A stretch of 59,707 bases of DNA from a virus. Shown one piece after another: positions 9,327 to 19,255 of the stretch. The notes beneath the pieces are model-generated. The model worked only from the letters and a program-made list of their open reading frames with translations, ran no database searches and was not told the DNA's origin. Location: the IMG/VR virus record IMGVR_UViG_3300025381_000002; one strand, given 5' to 3'. Each line of letters starts with the position of its first letter. The stretch's first letter is position 1. The position numbers and the translations under genes are program-made.

Positions 9327-11422
9327 ACCCTATTCTAAGTAAAATCTTTCTTAAGCGTAATTTCTTTTCCCCATTGTTTGGGCACATGCCCTTAGTGTAT
9401 GTATTTTTTGGTGGGGGAGGATCACCAGGCCCAACAACATCAACGGTAAATCAAAACAAATTACCAGATTACGCTCAGCCTTATTACAATGCGTTAATGG
9501 GCGCGTCAACAAATCAAATTTTTAATACTGATACCAGTGGCAACATAACAGGCACAAAACCTTATGTTCCATATAGTTCAAATCCATCTGATTATGTTGC
9601 TCCATTTAGCCCGTTACAACAACAATCTTTTCAAGGTTATTCTAACCTAAATTTACCAAATCAATTTAATCCAGCTACGCAACTAGCGGCAACATCAGGT
9701 ACGGGACAATTAAACACCGCTAATCAAGCTGCTGGATACGGGGCTCAAGGAGCGCAGTCTGGGCAGCTTGGACAAAACATTGGTGTATCGGGTGGTATGG
9801 GTACTGCGCAGCAAGCTCTTAATTATGGGGGCCAAGGTTCTGCACTAGGTAATTTAAGTGCATTACAATCTGCTAACCAAGCTGGACAGCAACAAGCTCA
9901 AGCGGGTGCGTATGGTGCGCAAGGCTCTCAAGCTGGTCAAAATGCTCAGAACATTGGTTATGCTGGCGGTATGGGTACCGCTGGGCAAGCGTTAGGTTAT
10001 GGCGCTCAAGGTTCTGCCCTAGGTAATTTAAGCGCATTGCAATCTTCCAATCAAGCCGCGCAACAACAAGCTCAAGCAGGTATGTATGGGGAACAAGGCT
10101 CTCAAGCTGGGCAGCTTGGTCAAAACATCGGTGTGTCAGGGGGGATGGGGACCGCTGGACAAGCATTAGGTTATGGGGCTCAAGGTGCTGGATATGGTGC
10201 GGGTTCTGTACAAGCGGGTCAAGGATTGCAAAATACATTGACCAGTGCTAATGCAATGTCTCAGTATATGAACCCATATATTCAAAACGCATTGACACCC
10301 GCATTGCAATTACAAAACCAAGCGTATGGTATGAAAGGCGCACAAGAGCAAGGGCAAGCCACTCAATCAGGAGCGTTTGGTGGTAGCCGTGAAGCACTAA
10401 TGAATAGTTTAAATACTCAAGGCAATGCTCTAGCTAATCAACAAATGATCGGCACAGCATATAATCAAGCGTATGTCAATGCACAACAAGCGGCTAATCA
10501 AGCGACTCAAGCACAATTACAAGGGTTACAACAAGGTATCTCTGGTGCTGGGATGGGTCTTCAAGGTGTGCAAGGGGCGCAAGCAGGTATTAATCAAGCA
10601 TTAGCTGGAACAGCTCAAAGAATCTCTGGGGCACAAACGGGTCTTTCTGGTATAGGTGCACAAACCAACGCTTCACAAATGCAGCAAGCGGGTATGGGTC
10701 AGGCTTTGCAAGGTATCGGTTATGGTCTTCAAGGTGTGCAAGGTGCGCAAGCTGGTGTGGGACAAGCCTTACAAGGACAACAGTTAGGAATTAGTGGCGC
10801 ACAAGCGGGTCTTTCTGGTGTAGGCGCACAAACCAATGCTTCGCAAATGCAACAAGCAGGTATGGGTCAAGCATTACAAGGTATTGGTTACGGACTTCAA
10901 GGTGTGCAAGGTGCGCAAGCTGGTGTCAATCAAGCATTGGCTGGGACAGCTCAAGGTATTTCTGGAGCTAATATGGGGCTACAAGGTGTTAGCGGGCAAC
11001 AAGCGGGTTATGCTGGAGCTAATCAAGCTGCGGGAACATTAGGTACTTTAGGCAGCCAACAACTTGCTGCTCAACAAGGTATTTTAAGCGCACAAGGTGC
11101 GGCCGGTGCGCAACAACAAGCACAACAACAGAATATTATTAACCAAGCGATTAGTAACTATGGTACCGCGCAACAATACCCATACCAATTGCTTAACCAA
11201 TATAATGCCCTATTGCAAGGTTATTCCGCTCCAACAGCTTCATCAACGACTTATCAAGCTCCACCTAGCGCCCTTTCTCAGCTAGGTGGGTTAGGTGCAA
11301 CAGCACTAGGTGTAGCGGGTCAAGCAGGTGCATTTAAAAAGAAAGGCGGTGTGGTTAAAGAGAAGAAATATGCAGGTGGCGGGTTAGTTGAATTAGCAAT
11401 ATCTAAAGCGATGAGGGCATAA
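9323..11422 (+). CDS. Gln/Gly/Ala-rich repeat protein (internal virion/ejection candidate)
   Basis: 699 aa with two families of long tandem repeats. The C-terminus is KKYAGGGLVELA. It sits in the internal-protein block. Confidence 0.6.
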   Translation: MNPILSKIFLKRNFFSPLFGHMPLVYVFFGGGGSPGPTTSTVNQNKLPDYAQPYYNALMGASTNQIFNTDTSGNITGTKPYVPYSSNPSDYVAPFSPLQQQSFQGYSNLNLPNQFNPATQLAATSGTGQLNTANQAAGYGAQGAQSGQLGQNIGVSGGMGTAQQALNYGGQGSALGNLSALQSANQAGQQQAQAGAYGAQGSQAGQNAQNIGYAGGMGTAGQALGYGAQGSALGNLSALQSSNQAAQQQAQAGMYGEQGSQAGQLGQNIGVSGGMGTAGQALGYGAQGAGYGAGSVQAGQGLQNTLTSANAMSQYMNPYIQNALTPALQLQNQAYGMKGAQEQGQATQSGAFGGSREALMNSLNTQGNALANQQMIGTAYNQAYVNAQQAANQATQAQLQGLQQGISGAGMGLQGVQGAQAGINQALAGTAQRISGAQTGLSGIGAQTNASQMQQAGMGQALQGIGYGLQGVQGAQAGVGQALQGQQLGISGAQAGLSGVGAQTNASQMQQAGMGQALQGIGYGLQGVQGAQAGVNQALAGTAQGISGANMGLQGVSGQQAGYAGANQAAGTLGTLGSQQLAAQQGILSAQGAAGAQQQAQQQNIINQAISNYGTAQQYPYQLLNQYNALLQGYSAPTASSTTYQAPPSALSQLGGLGATALGVAGQAGAFKKKGGVVKEKKYAGGGLVELAISKAMRA
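9737..10192 (+). repeat. About 2.6 tandem copies of a ~58-codon unit (YGAQGSQAGQ...ALQS.NQA.QQQAQAG)
   Basis: The repeat is visible in the translation at aa 139-196, 197-254 and 255-290. Confidence 0.8.
10556..11002 (+). repeat. About 2.7 tandem copies of a ~56-codon unit (GLQGVQGAQAG..QAL.G...ISGAQ.GLSG.GAQTNASQMQQAGMGQALQGIGY)
   Basis: The repeat is visible in the translation at aa 412-467, 468-523 and 524-560. Confidence 0.8.
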
Positions 11423-11424
11423 GG

Positions 11425-13482
11425 ATGATAGGTAATATAGCAAGTTTACAAGGTGACGCTGAAAAGTTATCAGTTCAACAACTTCAACAATCCATGCGCG
11501 ATGGAGTATTACCCGCATATATAGGTATGCCCATATTGCAACAAAAGGTTCAAGAACAGAAACAAGCCCAAGCCCAAGCCCAAGCCCAAGCCCAACAAAC
11601 CACCCCACAACCCATTGCTCAACAAATTGAAAGTGAAGCGCAAGGTCTAACCAGACCACCTATGCAAATGGCGCAAGCGCCACAAGGCGTTGGTTCATTG
11701 CCTAGCAACTTACCTGAAGAATACGCTCAAGGTGGTATTATTGCGTTTGCAGGGGACGATGGTAGTTATGTTGGCCCTTTATTAAACGATCCATACAGAC
11801 AACTTGTAGAAAATAGGTCAGACGCAGGGAGAGTAGACACTGGAGGATTGGGAAATTTAGCCAATACAATACAGCAAAAAGGATTGATAGAAGGAGCTTA
11901 TCCTGCATATATGGCTAAAGTCCAAGAAGGGAAAAATGCTTTATCTGACATAGCTAATAAAGTAGGGGATGTTGGAAATCAGGTAGGCGATGTTGCGGGA
12001 AATATGACCACCGCTGTTCTACATGGTAAAGAAGGTTTGGATAAACGAGCAGAGGAAAAGCAAAAAATTTTAAACGCTAATGCAGTGGCTGCTGAAAAAC
12101 ATGGCGTTCCTGTTGAGGCAATGAATGGGCTGTCAGCCACAGAAGCTAGTAAAAATTCAAAAGCCTCGTTAGCTCAAATGGCAGCTATTGACGCTGCTTC
12201 AAAACAATATGGAGTGCCTTCCAACATACTATATAACGTAGCTGATATTGAGAGCGATTTTAACCCAAATGCGGCCAACCCAAAAAGTAGCGCTTTAGGC
12301 GGGTATCAATTTACAAACGATGCTTGGAAAACTTATGGTACGGGTAATCCAGAGGATCGTAAAGATTTTAATAAGTCAGCAATGGCGGCAGCTAAGTACT
12401 TAAAATCCAATTATAACCAATTTGGCGATTGGGGATTAGCTGCGTCTGGGTATAATAAAGGCCCTAATGCGCCTATGGCTACTCTGCAAGGTAACACACA
12501 ATATATCAATGATGCTTTAAATGGACAAGGAACACAGCCGCAACCACAACAAGGGATACAAACGCCTTTCGCTATACCCGAAGCTCCACAGCAAAATTAT
12601 AGTATGCCTGACTTCAGCGCTTTAAAACGTCCTGAAACACCCGCTGCTGAATACCAAAAACAAATGCAAGAAGCCCTAGGTGAAAACGCTGGTCCACCTG
12701 CTATTAAAGAGAAGCTTGCCAAGATGGAAGAAGAGGGCGCATCGGCTAAAGAAAAAGCCCCTTGGATGGCATTAATGCAGGCTGGTTTAGCTACAATGGC
12801 GGGTGCGTCTCCTTTTGCTGGTGTAAATATAGGACAGGGTGGTGTTGCAGGATTAAAAGCATATTCTGAAGCGCAAGATAAATTTGATAAAGACGAAGAA
12901 AAGCGTCTTGCTATACAAAACCAATTGGCTAATGCCCAACGAGCCGAACAAGTTGCCGCTTGGAAATATGGAGCTGATAGTAACAAAGCAGATGTTGCTG
13001 AAAATAAAGCTATTGGGTTAGCTGAGGCTAAGGCTAAAATAGACGCTCAACAAAACAAAAGCAAAGACGCATTGGATTTATATAAAGCACAGCTAGGTGT
13101 CCCTGCGGAGCAAGCAAAGACTGCTCTCTATACTGCTCAGACTCAAGCGGCTCAACATCCTTCTGCTGGAAATTTATCTGGCTACGAAGGGGCTAAAAAA
13201 GTAGCAATGGAAAATCCTACCGCTCCACAGTATGCAAAATATTTTAAAACTGACCCATCGGGTAAACCTATTTGGGATGAGCTATCGTTCCGTTCTGATT
13301 ACTCTAAAAAAGAAGTTATTGATAAAACGCCAATTGCTGATTTGTATAAAATAGTTAGTGAATCGCAAGACCCGCATATGGTGGACTTAGCTACAAAAAA
13401 ACTTCAAAATGTTTTAGGTGATAATAATGCTAGCCCTAACCCTAATGTTATAAAATATGACTCAAAAGGCAATAGGATTTAA
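11425..13482 (+). CDS. Internal virion protein with lytic transglycosylase (SLT) domain
   Basis: GVPSNILYNVADIESDFNPNAANPKSSALGGYQFTNDAWKTYG matches the SLT E-S...GLMQ-type catalytic region. A (QA)n tract and a YAQGGII motif lie near the N-terminus. Confidence 0.75.
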   Translation: MIGNIASLQGDAEKLSVQQLQQSMRDGVLPAYIGMPILQQKVQEQKQAQAQAQAQAQQTTPQPIAQQIESEAQGLTRPPMQMAQAPQGVGSLPSNLPEEYAQGGIIAFAGDDGSYVGPLLNDPYRQLVENRSDAGRVDTGGLGNLANTIQQKGLIEGAYPAYMAKVQEGKNALSDIANKVGDVGNQVGDVAGNMTTAVLHGKEGLDKRAEEKQKILNANAVAAEKHGVPVEAMNGLSATEASKNSKASLAQMAAIDAASKQYGVPSNILYNVADIESDFNPNAANPKSSALGGYQFTNDAWKTYGTGNPEDRKDFNKSAMAAAKYLKSNYNQFGDWGLAASGYNKGPNAPMATLQGNTQYINDALNGQGTQPQPQQGIQTPFAIPEAPQQNYSMPDFSALKRPETPAAEYQKQMQEALGENAGPPAIKEKLAKMEEEGASAKEKAPWMALMQAGLATMAGASPFAGVNIGQGGVAGLKAYSEAQDKFDKDEEKRLAIQNQLANAQRAEQVAAWKYGADSNKADVAENKAIGLAEAKAKIDAQQNKSKDALDLYKAQLGVPAEQAKTALYTAQTQAAQHPSAGNLSGYEGAKKVAMENPTAPQYAKYFKTDPSGKPIWDELSFRSDYSKKEVIDKTPIADLYKIVSESQDPHMVDLATKKLQNVLGDNNASPNPNVIKYDSKGNRI

Positions 13483-13484
13483 TA

Positions 13485-16400
13485 ATGGCAAAATACGCTG
13501 AATTATCCGATGGTACAAGGCTTGAATTTCCAGACAATACCGAAGACTCTGTTATTGATGCTACTGTAAAAAAGCATTTAAGTTTAACTATCCCAGAAGA
13601 AAAGCCTTCACTAGGGGAGCGGTTTAAAACAGGGGTTCAAGAAACATTAGAAGGATTAGGCACTGCTATTCAAGCACCTTTTCTTTCTAATGAAGAATTA
13701 ACCCAAAGATTTAAAGAGCATCAAGCTAACCAAAAACCATCTGCTGGCAGTCTTGAAAAAGTACAACAGATTGCTGAAAACCAAGGGTATCTAGCCGCTG
13801 GTAAAGAAGCTTTATCACAAGTACCTGGAGTTATTGCAGAACAAGCGGGTAATTTAGGTGCAGTAGGTGCGGGTGCTTTAGGTGGTGCTGCGTTAGGTGC
13901 TGCTTTTTTACCAGTTATAGGCGCACCGATAGGTGCGTTAGCTGGCGCAGGTTCAGCTTTGTTTGGAATATCTGCTGGTTCTAATATTGAACGTCAAATA
14001 TCTGAGCAGTTAAAAAACAATGAAAAGGTTGATCCTAATTTATTAGCTGCCTATGGTACAGCCGCTATACAAGCGGGTATTGATGTTATTGGCGGCCCTG
14101 AAAAGTTTTTTGTAGAACAGTTTGGCAAAGTCGCAGGCAAGCAATTAACAGAGCAATTTTATAAAGAAGGGCTCGGCAAAACCATTGGTATGGGTATTGC
14201 TAAAAATATAGCGACAGAAGTGCCTACTGAAATTGGGCAAAAAGCGCTAGAACGGGCTCAAGCACAACTACCCGTAACTGGTGATGAAGCTAATAAAGAA
14301 TACAAGGAATCTGGTTATCAAGCCTGGCTAGCATCCCCTATCGGTGCGCCTATCCGCATGTATGAAAAAGGGCAAGCTCAAACAGAGTTAGCTAATCAGC
14401 AAGATGAAGAACAACGCAAGGTCGAAGCGCAGCAAGCTGAACAAGCAAAGCAAGATGCAGAGCAACAAGCTTATTACACAGACATAGCTAGCCATATTAA
14501 ACCTAACGAGACTTCTTTACAGGACGTTATTAATCGACAAGTGGAAGCCGCTTCACAGCTTTCAGATAAAGATAAAAAGCAATACGCTAAAGAGCTAGAA
14601 GCTCATGCTAATGAACCGTCAGGTCAACTAACACACGATGAGAACGGGCATGAAGTGCCTTTAAGTAGTTGGGATGTTTACTACCGTGACCATGTAGCAC
14701 AAATAGACGCTGCTGAAAAAGAAAAAACGATCAATGAAGCCGAGCAAGGTCAGACATCTACTCCCGGTATAGAGCCTGTTGTACAACCCGTTTCAAATAC
14801 AGCAGAAGCTCCTGAAGCGGTTAACGAACAAACAGCTGCTGAATATTTGTCTGGTTTAGATACTCGTTTTACAAACCCATCTCAAATAAAAAAAGCTTTA
14901 AAAGATACTGACTATAGCGCTCTAGGCCCTAAAAAAATATTAGACATTTATAAAACTCTTCCTAAGCAAGAGTCGATATTTGGCGAAGAAGAATTAAATA
15001 AAACTAAACCTGAAGAACAAATAACAAAACCTGAAGAGCAAGTGCAAGTTGTTAAACCTGAAGAACAAGTGCAAGTTGTTAAACCTACAGAAGCACCTAG
15101 ATATTCGGTAGCTCAAGAAGAACCTTCTAAAATATCAGACAGGTACCCTGACGCTACTGTTGAACAGAAAGCTAGATTGGATATGACCAACAAAGAGGCG
15201 GCTGAACGTAGTTCAAAACTAACAGAAGGTGCACGACAAATTGAACGTGGTGAAATAACGCATGAGGATTATCAAAAACTAGTTAATGAAAATAAACCTG
15301 TAACAGCATATAACTATGTTCCAAAACCTGAATCAAATGAGGACATGTGGAGAGCTCTCTCAGGGAAAGATAAAAAAGATAAACTTAACGCACCTATAGA
15401 AGAAGGTAAAAAAGTTAATGTTCGTTTGGATATTCCTGCGTATACAGATCACAATGTTTGGGTGCCAACTATCCACGAAGGGGGAAAAACAATAGCTCAT
15501 AGAAGCACTAGTATTATTAACAATGTTACTATGAAGCTTAAAGAAAAACCCTCTTTGGCAATAGCTACTAGAAAACCTGTTTTTGATAAACGTGCGGGCA
15601 AAGAGATACCAACACCTAAAAAACCCATAGCCACAATGGAGGGTGAATGGGAAAACCATACTCCAGAACAAGCATACGCCGAAGCTAAAAAAGCTATGGA
15701 AGAATACAACAAGGGAGTAGGTGATTGGCGACAAGTCGGTATGGATCCAGAGCGCCATAGTTATTTTTATGATCGTGAAACTCAAGAACCCATTACCAGT
15801 GCTGATCGTGTAATACAAATAGGCGCACTTGTGCTGGCTAAAAATGTTCAACGCGGTGCCAAAGCTAAAACCGATTACCCATACTCAGCCGCGCCATCGT
15901 CATCAACCACAGGCTTTACAGCCGAGAAGTTAAAACGTACATTAACTCCTGAAATGAGGCGACTTGTCGAGTCGGGTAAAGCTGTTATACATGATACGCA
16001 AGAAACATTGCCCGGTGAGAATCATCCTGCAAACGTGCAAGGTATGACTACTGCTGATGGTGTTACTCATTACGTTGCTAATAAACTTACCCCTGAAACT
16101 ATACAGAATGTTGCCCTGCATGAAATGGGTGTGCATGTCGGCATGGAAAAAATGGTAGGGCCTAAAGTTTGGGAAAATATTAAGAACCAAGCTATGACGA
16201 ATCAAGGTAAAGCGTTTGATGCAGCTCGCGCGGCTATACCTAAAGATACCCCTGCACATTTACACGCAGAAGAAGCATTAGCCTATCTTGTAGAGAAAGC
16301 ACCTAGCCTACCTATTGTACACAGAGTAGTATCTGCTGTTCGTAACTGGGCGCGTACCACATTAGGAGCGAACTTAAAACTTACCGAAGCTGATGCTAGA

Positions 16401-19172
16401 CATCTTGCGACTAAAGCCTTGCGTAAAGAAGCAAATACATCTGAAAGGACTGCTCGTAATGGGGACACACGCTATTCAATACAAACACCACAAAACGATG
16501 CCGACTTAAGAGCGGCTACAGAAGTTTATGCTACACCAAAGCCCACAAAGAAAACCTCTGCTACTGATAGAGTTCTTGCTGCTGGTAAATATGTTTCTGA
16601 AAGCCCCGTGTCGCAATTAGTTGATGATCTTAAAGGCGGTTTAGATAAGTTTAGAACACAAGTAGCTAGCTCAGGTTCACCTATCCAACGTGAATATCAA
16701 AAGCGTTTTAAAGGCGCGTTAACTAACCCATTGACTAAAGAAATCAGTGGGCATTTTCTAATGGATCAAGCAGCAGACTCAGCAAAATTTACATTAGCTG
16801 CGGCTCAACAAGGTAGACCTGTTATTGAGAATGGGGTTGCTAGAATAGAAAAAGATGCTAATAACTTAGATAATTTACAAGTGCTTTATAAAAAATTAGC
16901 AGACCGTATTGGTTCTCGTAGTGATGCTGATCACGCGGCATCCGCTTATTTACAAGCCCAAAGATACCAACATCTGTTAAATAGAAATACCGAAATACAA
17001 GGGCAAATAGACGCATTAGGAACTAGCGCTTCAGCCAAAAGTAAGGTCGAAAAACTTAAAAAACTACTTGTCAAAGTGACTCCTGAACAAGCCGCCGCTA
17101 TTGATAGCGGTTTAGCATACGGTGAAAGACATCCTGAGATTAAGCAAATAGCTGATATGTGGAAAGCTATTAAAGATGGCATTGTCGATTTTCAAGAAAA
17201 TACAGGGGTTATAAGTAAGGAACTTGCCGATAAATATCGTGCTGATTCTGCCTATGTTCCTTTATATAGAGTGATTGACGACATAGAAAAAACAAACCCA
17301 GGCTACCGATCTAAAGTTATGGGTATTGCTGGCGTTAATGCTGAAAAACATTTCACAGGCTCTGATAAAGATGTGCATGATGTGTTTGCTAATATGGTGC
17401 AGCGTGTTGCATGGGGTATTCAAAATGGGCTTAGGAATCATGCTAACCAACGGGTTGCTGAAGATTTAGGCGTAGTCGATGACGAAGGTCATACTATTTA
17501 TCATAACGCACCGCCAAAAGATAGGGCGAATTACTCTGCTCCAGTATGGATAGAGGGCAAGCAAAAATGGGTAGAGTATAGTGATCCTTCAATGGTCACT
17601 GCTATAAAAGGTATAGAACCTATTGCCCATCCTATTATTACTATGTTTGGTAGTGCAAGTAGATTGCTGCGTATGAGTGTCACCTCTCTGCCTATGTTCC
17701 AAGTAATTATGATAGCCAAGGATGCTCCAAGAGCGGCAACACAATCAGGGGTAAATAAACCTTTTGAGCTTATGGGGCGTGTTGTCAAGAATGGCTTTAC
17801 CCTTTACGCAGATATGCTGAAAGGAAGAGAAAACGAAATAGTCAAAGAAATGGCTAGAGCAGGGGTTACTGGTGGGTATTCTCAAAATCCTCAAGAATTA
17901 TCAGCGCATATCAACAGAAAATATAACCAAGAAGCTAATACGTTGGTTCAAAAGTTTTTAGATAAAATCGAAGAGATTTCTGCTATTTCTGATTTAGCAC
18001 AACGCAAGGCTATATACGAACAGACTTTAAAAGAAACTGGTGATAAGATTTTAGCGGAAGATCGAGCAAGGAATATTGTAAATTGGAATCGTCATGGGGC
18101 TGACCCTATGGTTAGGGTGCTTGCTCAAACAGTACCTTTTATGAACGCTTATATTCAGTCAATGGATGTGTTGTTAAACACTATGAATGGCACGGGTATT
18201 AGTGCTAAAGAAAAGTCTATTGCTAGAAAAGAGTTCTATAGAACCGCTATGAATCTATCCATACTATCTTTTGTATATGCTATGGCTGTAGGTGGGGATG
18301 ACGAATACCAAAAAATGAACGACAAAGATAAAATCAACACTCTTGTTATTCCTGGAATAGGTAAAATTCCTATAGCGTCTGAAGTTGGGTTTTTATATAA
18401 AGCGTTTCCTGAAATGTTGTATCAGTATGTGTCTCGTGAAGATACTAAAAACCCAATGGACGCGACTAAACTACAGAGCGCTTTGTGGAACTCTTTTGCT
18501 AATGCCATGCTAAGCCCTAACATGATGCCGCAACTAGCCAAACCTGCAATTGAGGCTGCAACTAATCACAGCTTTTTAACAGGCAATGAGCTTATCGGCC
18601 CCCACTTAAAAGACAAAGAAGCTGCGCTACAGTTTAATGAAAGTACCTCTGAGCTTGGTAAGTTGCTAGGTTCTACAGGACTTATTGCTCCTATTAAAGC
18701 TGACCATTTAATAAAAGGCTACGGTGGTACATTAGCCAGCTTAACCCTAATGCTGACAGACGCTATTGTGGACCAATTCTCTGATGTTAAACGACCCGCA
18801 CAATCTCTTTATAAAAACCCAATCATAGGTTCGTTTGTTAATGACCCTCGTTATAAAGACCAAATAGATAGCTACTATGACCTATTAGAAGAATCTAATA
18901 AAGTTGCGGGCAGCTTAAAAAGGCTAAAAGACTTAGGGCGTGTTGACGAAGCTAAAGAGTACCAAGCGGAGCATAAAGATATGCTTAGAACACGATCTCA
19001 AGTACTTAGCTTACAAAGGCAAATGACTACGCTTAGAGCCCAACACGTTAAAGTAGTTAGCGATCCTAGCCTAACCGCAGATGAAAAAAGACAAAGGTTA
19101 GATGCGCTAGAAGAACGCATGGGTAAGGCTACTCGTAATATTAATTTGCTTAGAGTTAAAGCTGGAATGTAA
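13485..19172 (+). CDS. Giant (1895 aa) virion/ejection protein with an embedded HExxH motif
   Basis: It is the last gene of the late unit and follows the SLT protein. HEMGVH lies at aa 879-884 (nt 16119-16136). There is a KPEEQVQVV tandem repeat and long coiled-coil-like segments. Confidence 0.7.
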   Translation: MAKYAELSDGTRLEFPDNTEDSVIDATVKKHLSLTIPEEKPSLGERFKTGVQETLEGLGTAIQAPFLSNEELTQRFKEHQANQKPSAGSLEKVQQIAENQGYLAAGKEALSQVPGVIAEQAGNLGAVGAGALGGAALGAAFLPVIGAPIGALAGAGSALFGISAGSNIERQISEQLKNNEKVDPNLLAAYGTAAIQAGIDVIGGPEKFFVEQFGKVAGKQLTEQFYKEGLGKTIGMGIAKNIATEVPTEIGQKALERAQAQLPVTGDEANKEYKESGYQAWLASPIGAPIRMYEKGQAQTELANQQDEEQRKVEAQQAEQAKQDAEQQAYYTDIASHIKPNETSLQDVINRQVEAASQLSDKDKKQYAKELEAHANEPSGQLTHDENGHEVPLSSWDVYYRDHVAQIDAAEKEKTINEAEQGQTSTPGIEPVVQPVSNTAEAPEAVNEQTAAEYLSGLDTRFTNPSQIKKALKDTDYSALGPKKILDIYKTLPKQESIFGEEELNKTKPEEQITKPEEQVQVVKPEEQVQVVKPTEAPRYSVAQEEPSKISDRYPDATVEQKARLDMTNKEAAERSSKLTEGARQIERGEITHEDYQKLVNENKPVTAYNYVPKPESNEDMWRALSGKDKKDKLNAPIEEGKKVNVRLDIPAYTDHNVWVPTIHEGGKTIAHRSTSIINNVTMKLKEKPSLAIATRKPVFDKRAGKEIPTPKKPIATMEGEWENHTPEQAYAEAKKAMEEYNKGVGDWRQVGMDPERHSYFYDRETQEPITSADRVIQIGALVLAKNVQRGAKAKTDYPYSAAPSSSTTGFTAEKLKRTLTPEMRRLVESGKAVIHDTQETLPGENHPANVQGMTTADGVTHYVANKLTPETIQNVALHEMGVHVGMEKMVGPKVWENIKNQAMTNQGKAFDAARAAIPKDTPAHLHAEEALAYLVEKAPSLPIVHRVVSAVRNWARTTLGANLKLTEADARHLATKALRKEANTSERTARNGDTRYSIQTPQNDADLRAATEVYATPKPTKKTSATDRVLAAGKYVSESPVSQLVDDLKGGLDKFRTQVASSGSPIQREYQKRFKGALTNPLTKEISGHFLMDQAADSAKFTLAAAQQGRPVIENGVARIEKDANNLDNLQVLYKKLADRIGSRSDADHAASAYLQAQRYQHLLNRNTEIQGQIDALGTSASAKSKVEKLKKLLVKVTPEQAAAIDSGLAYGERHPEIKQIADMWKAIKDGIVDFQENTGVISKELADKYRADSAYVPLYRVIDDIEKTNPGYRSKVMGIAGVNAEKHFTGSDKDVHDVFANMVQRVAWGIQNGLRNHANQRVAEDLGVVDDEGHTIYHNAPPKDRANYSAPVWIEGKQKWVEYSDPSMVTAIKGIEPIAHPIITMFGSASRLLRMSVTSLPMFQVIMIAKDAPRAATQSGVNKPFELMGRVVKNGFTLYADMLKGRENEIVKEMARAGVTGGYSQNPQELSAHINRKYNQEANTLVQKFLDKIEEISAISDLAQRKAIYEQTLKETGDKILAEDRARNIVNWNRHGADPMVRVLAQTVPFMNAYIQSMDVLLNTMNGTGISAKEKSIARKEFYRTAMNLSILSFVYAMAVGGDDEYQKMNDKDKINTLVIPGIGKIPIASEVGFLYKAFPEMLYQYVSREDTKNPMDATKLQSALWNSFANAMLSPNMMPQLAKPAIEAATNHSFLTGNELIGPHLKDKEAALQFNESTSELGKLLGSTGLIAPIKADHLIKGYGGTLASLTLMLTDAIVDQFSDVKRPAQSLYKNPIIGSFVNDPRYKDQIDSYYDLLEESNKVAGSLKRLKDLGRVDEAKEYQAEHKDMLRTRSQVLSLQRQMTTLRAQHVKVVSDPSLTADEKRQRLDALEERMGKATRNINLLRVKAGM

Positions 19173-19195
19173 AAAAGCCCCGCGTAAAGCGGGGC
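19171..19195 (-). terminator. Hairpin terminator at the convergence of the two transcription units
   Basis: Stem gccccgc (19177-19183), loop gtaaa, stem gcggggc (19189-19195). The A6 run at 19171-19176 gives a U-tract only for the minus-strand transcript. Confidence 0.6.
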
Positions 19196-19255
19196 AAGAA
19201 CCACGGAGAAACACTTAATAAGCGCAATGCCATAGTACCATGCATTGCCCCGTTG

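Noticed and set aside
9873-10238. 121-aa minus-strand ORF inside the Gln/Gly repeat gene
   Set aside because: The frame is kept open by the repeats, it is antisense, and it has no start context.
15360-15851. 163-aa minus-strand ORF inside the giant gene (similar cases at 12597..12986, 42204..42644, 4617..5030, 35011..35406 and 36379..37089)
   Set aside because: These are nested antisense or alternative-frame ORFs with atypical composition and no RBS. Each lies wholly within a better-supported gene.
13485-19172. Idea that the 1895-aa protein is an N4-like virion RNA polymerase
   Set aside because: I could not see the T7-like polymerase catalytic motifs. The context (after the SLT protein, last gene in the ejection block) and the HExxH motif fit an ejected structural or polyvalent protein better. 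This remains unverified without profile searches.
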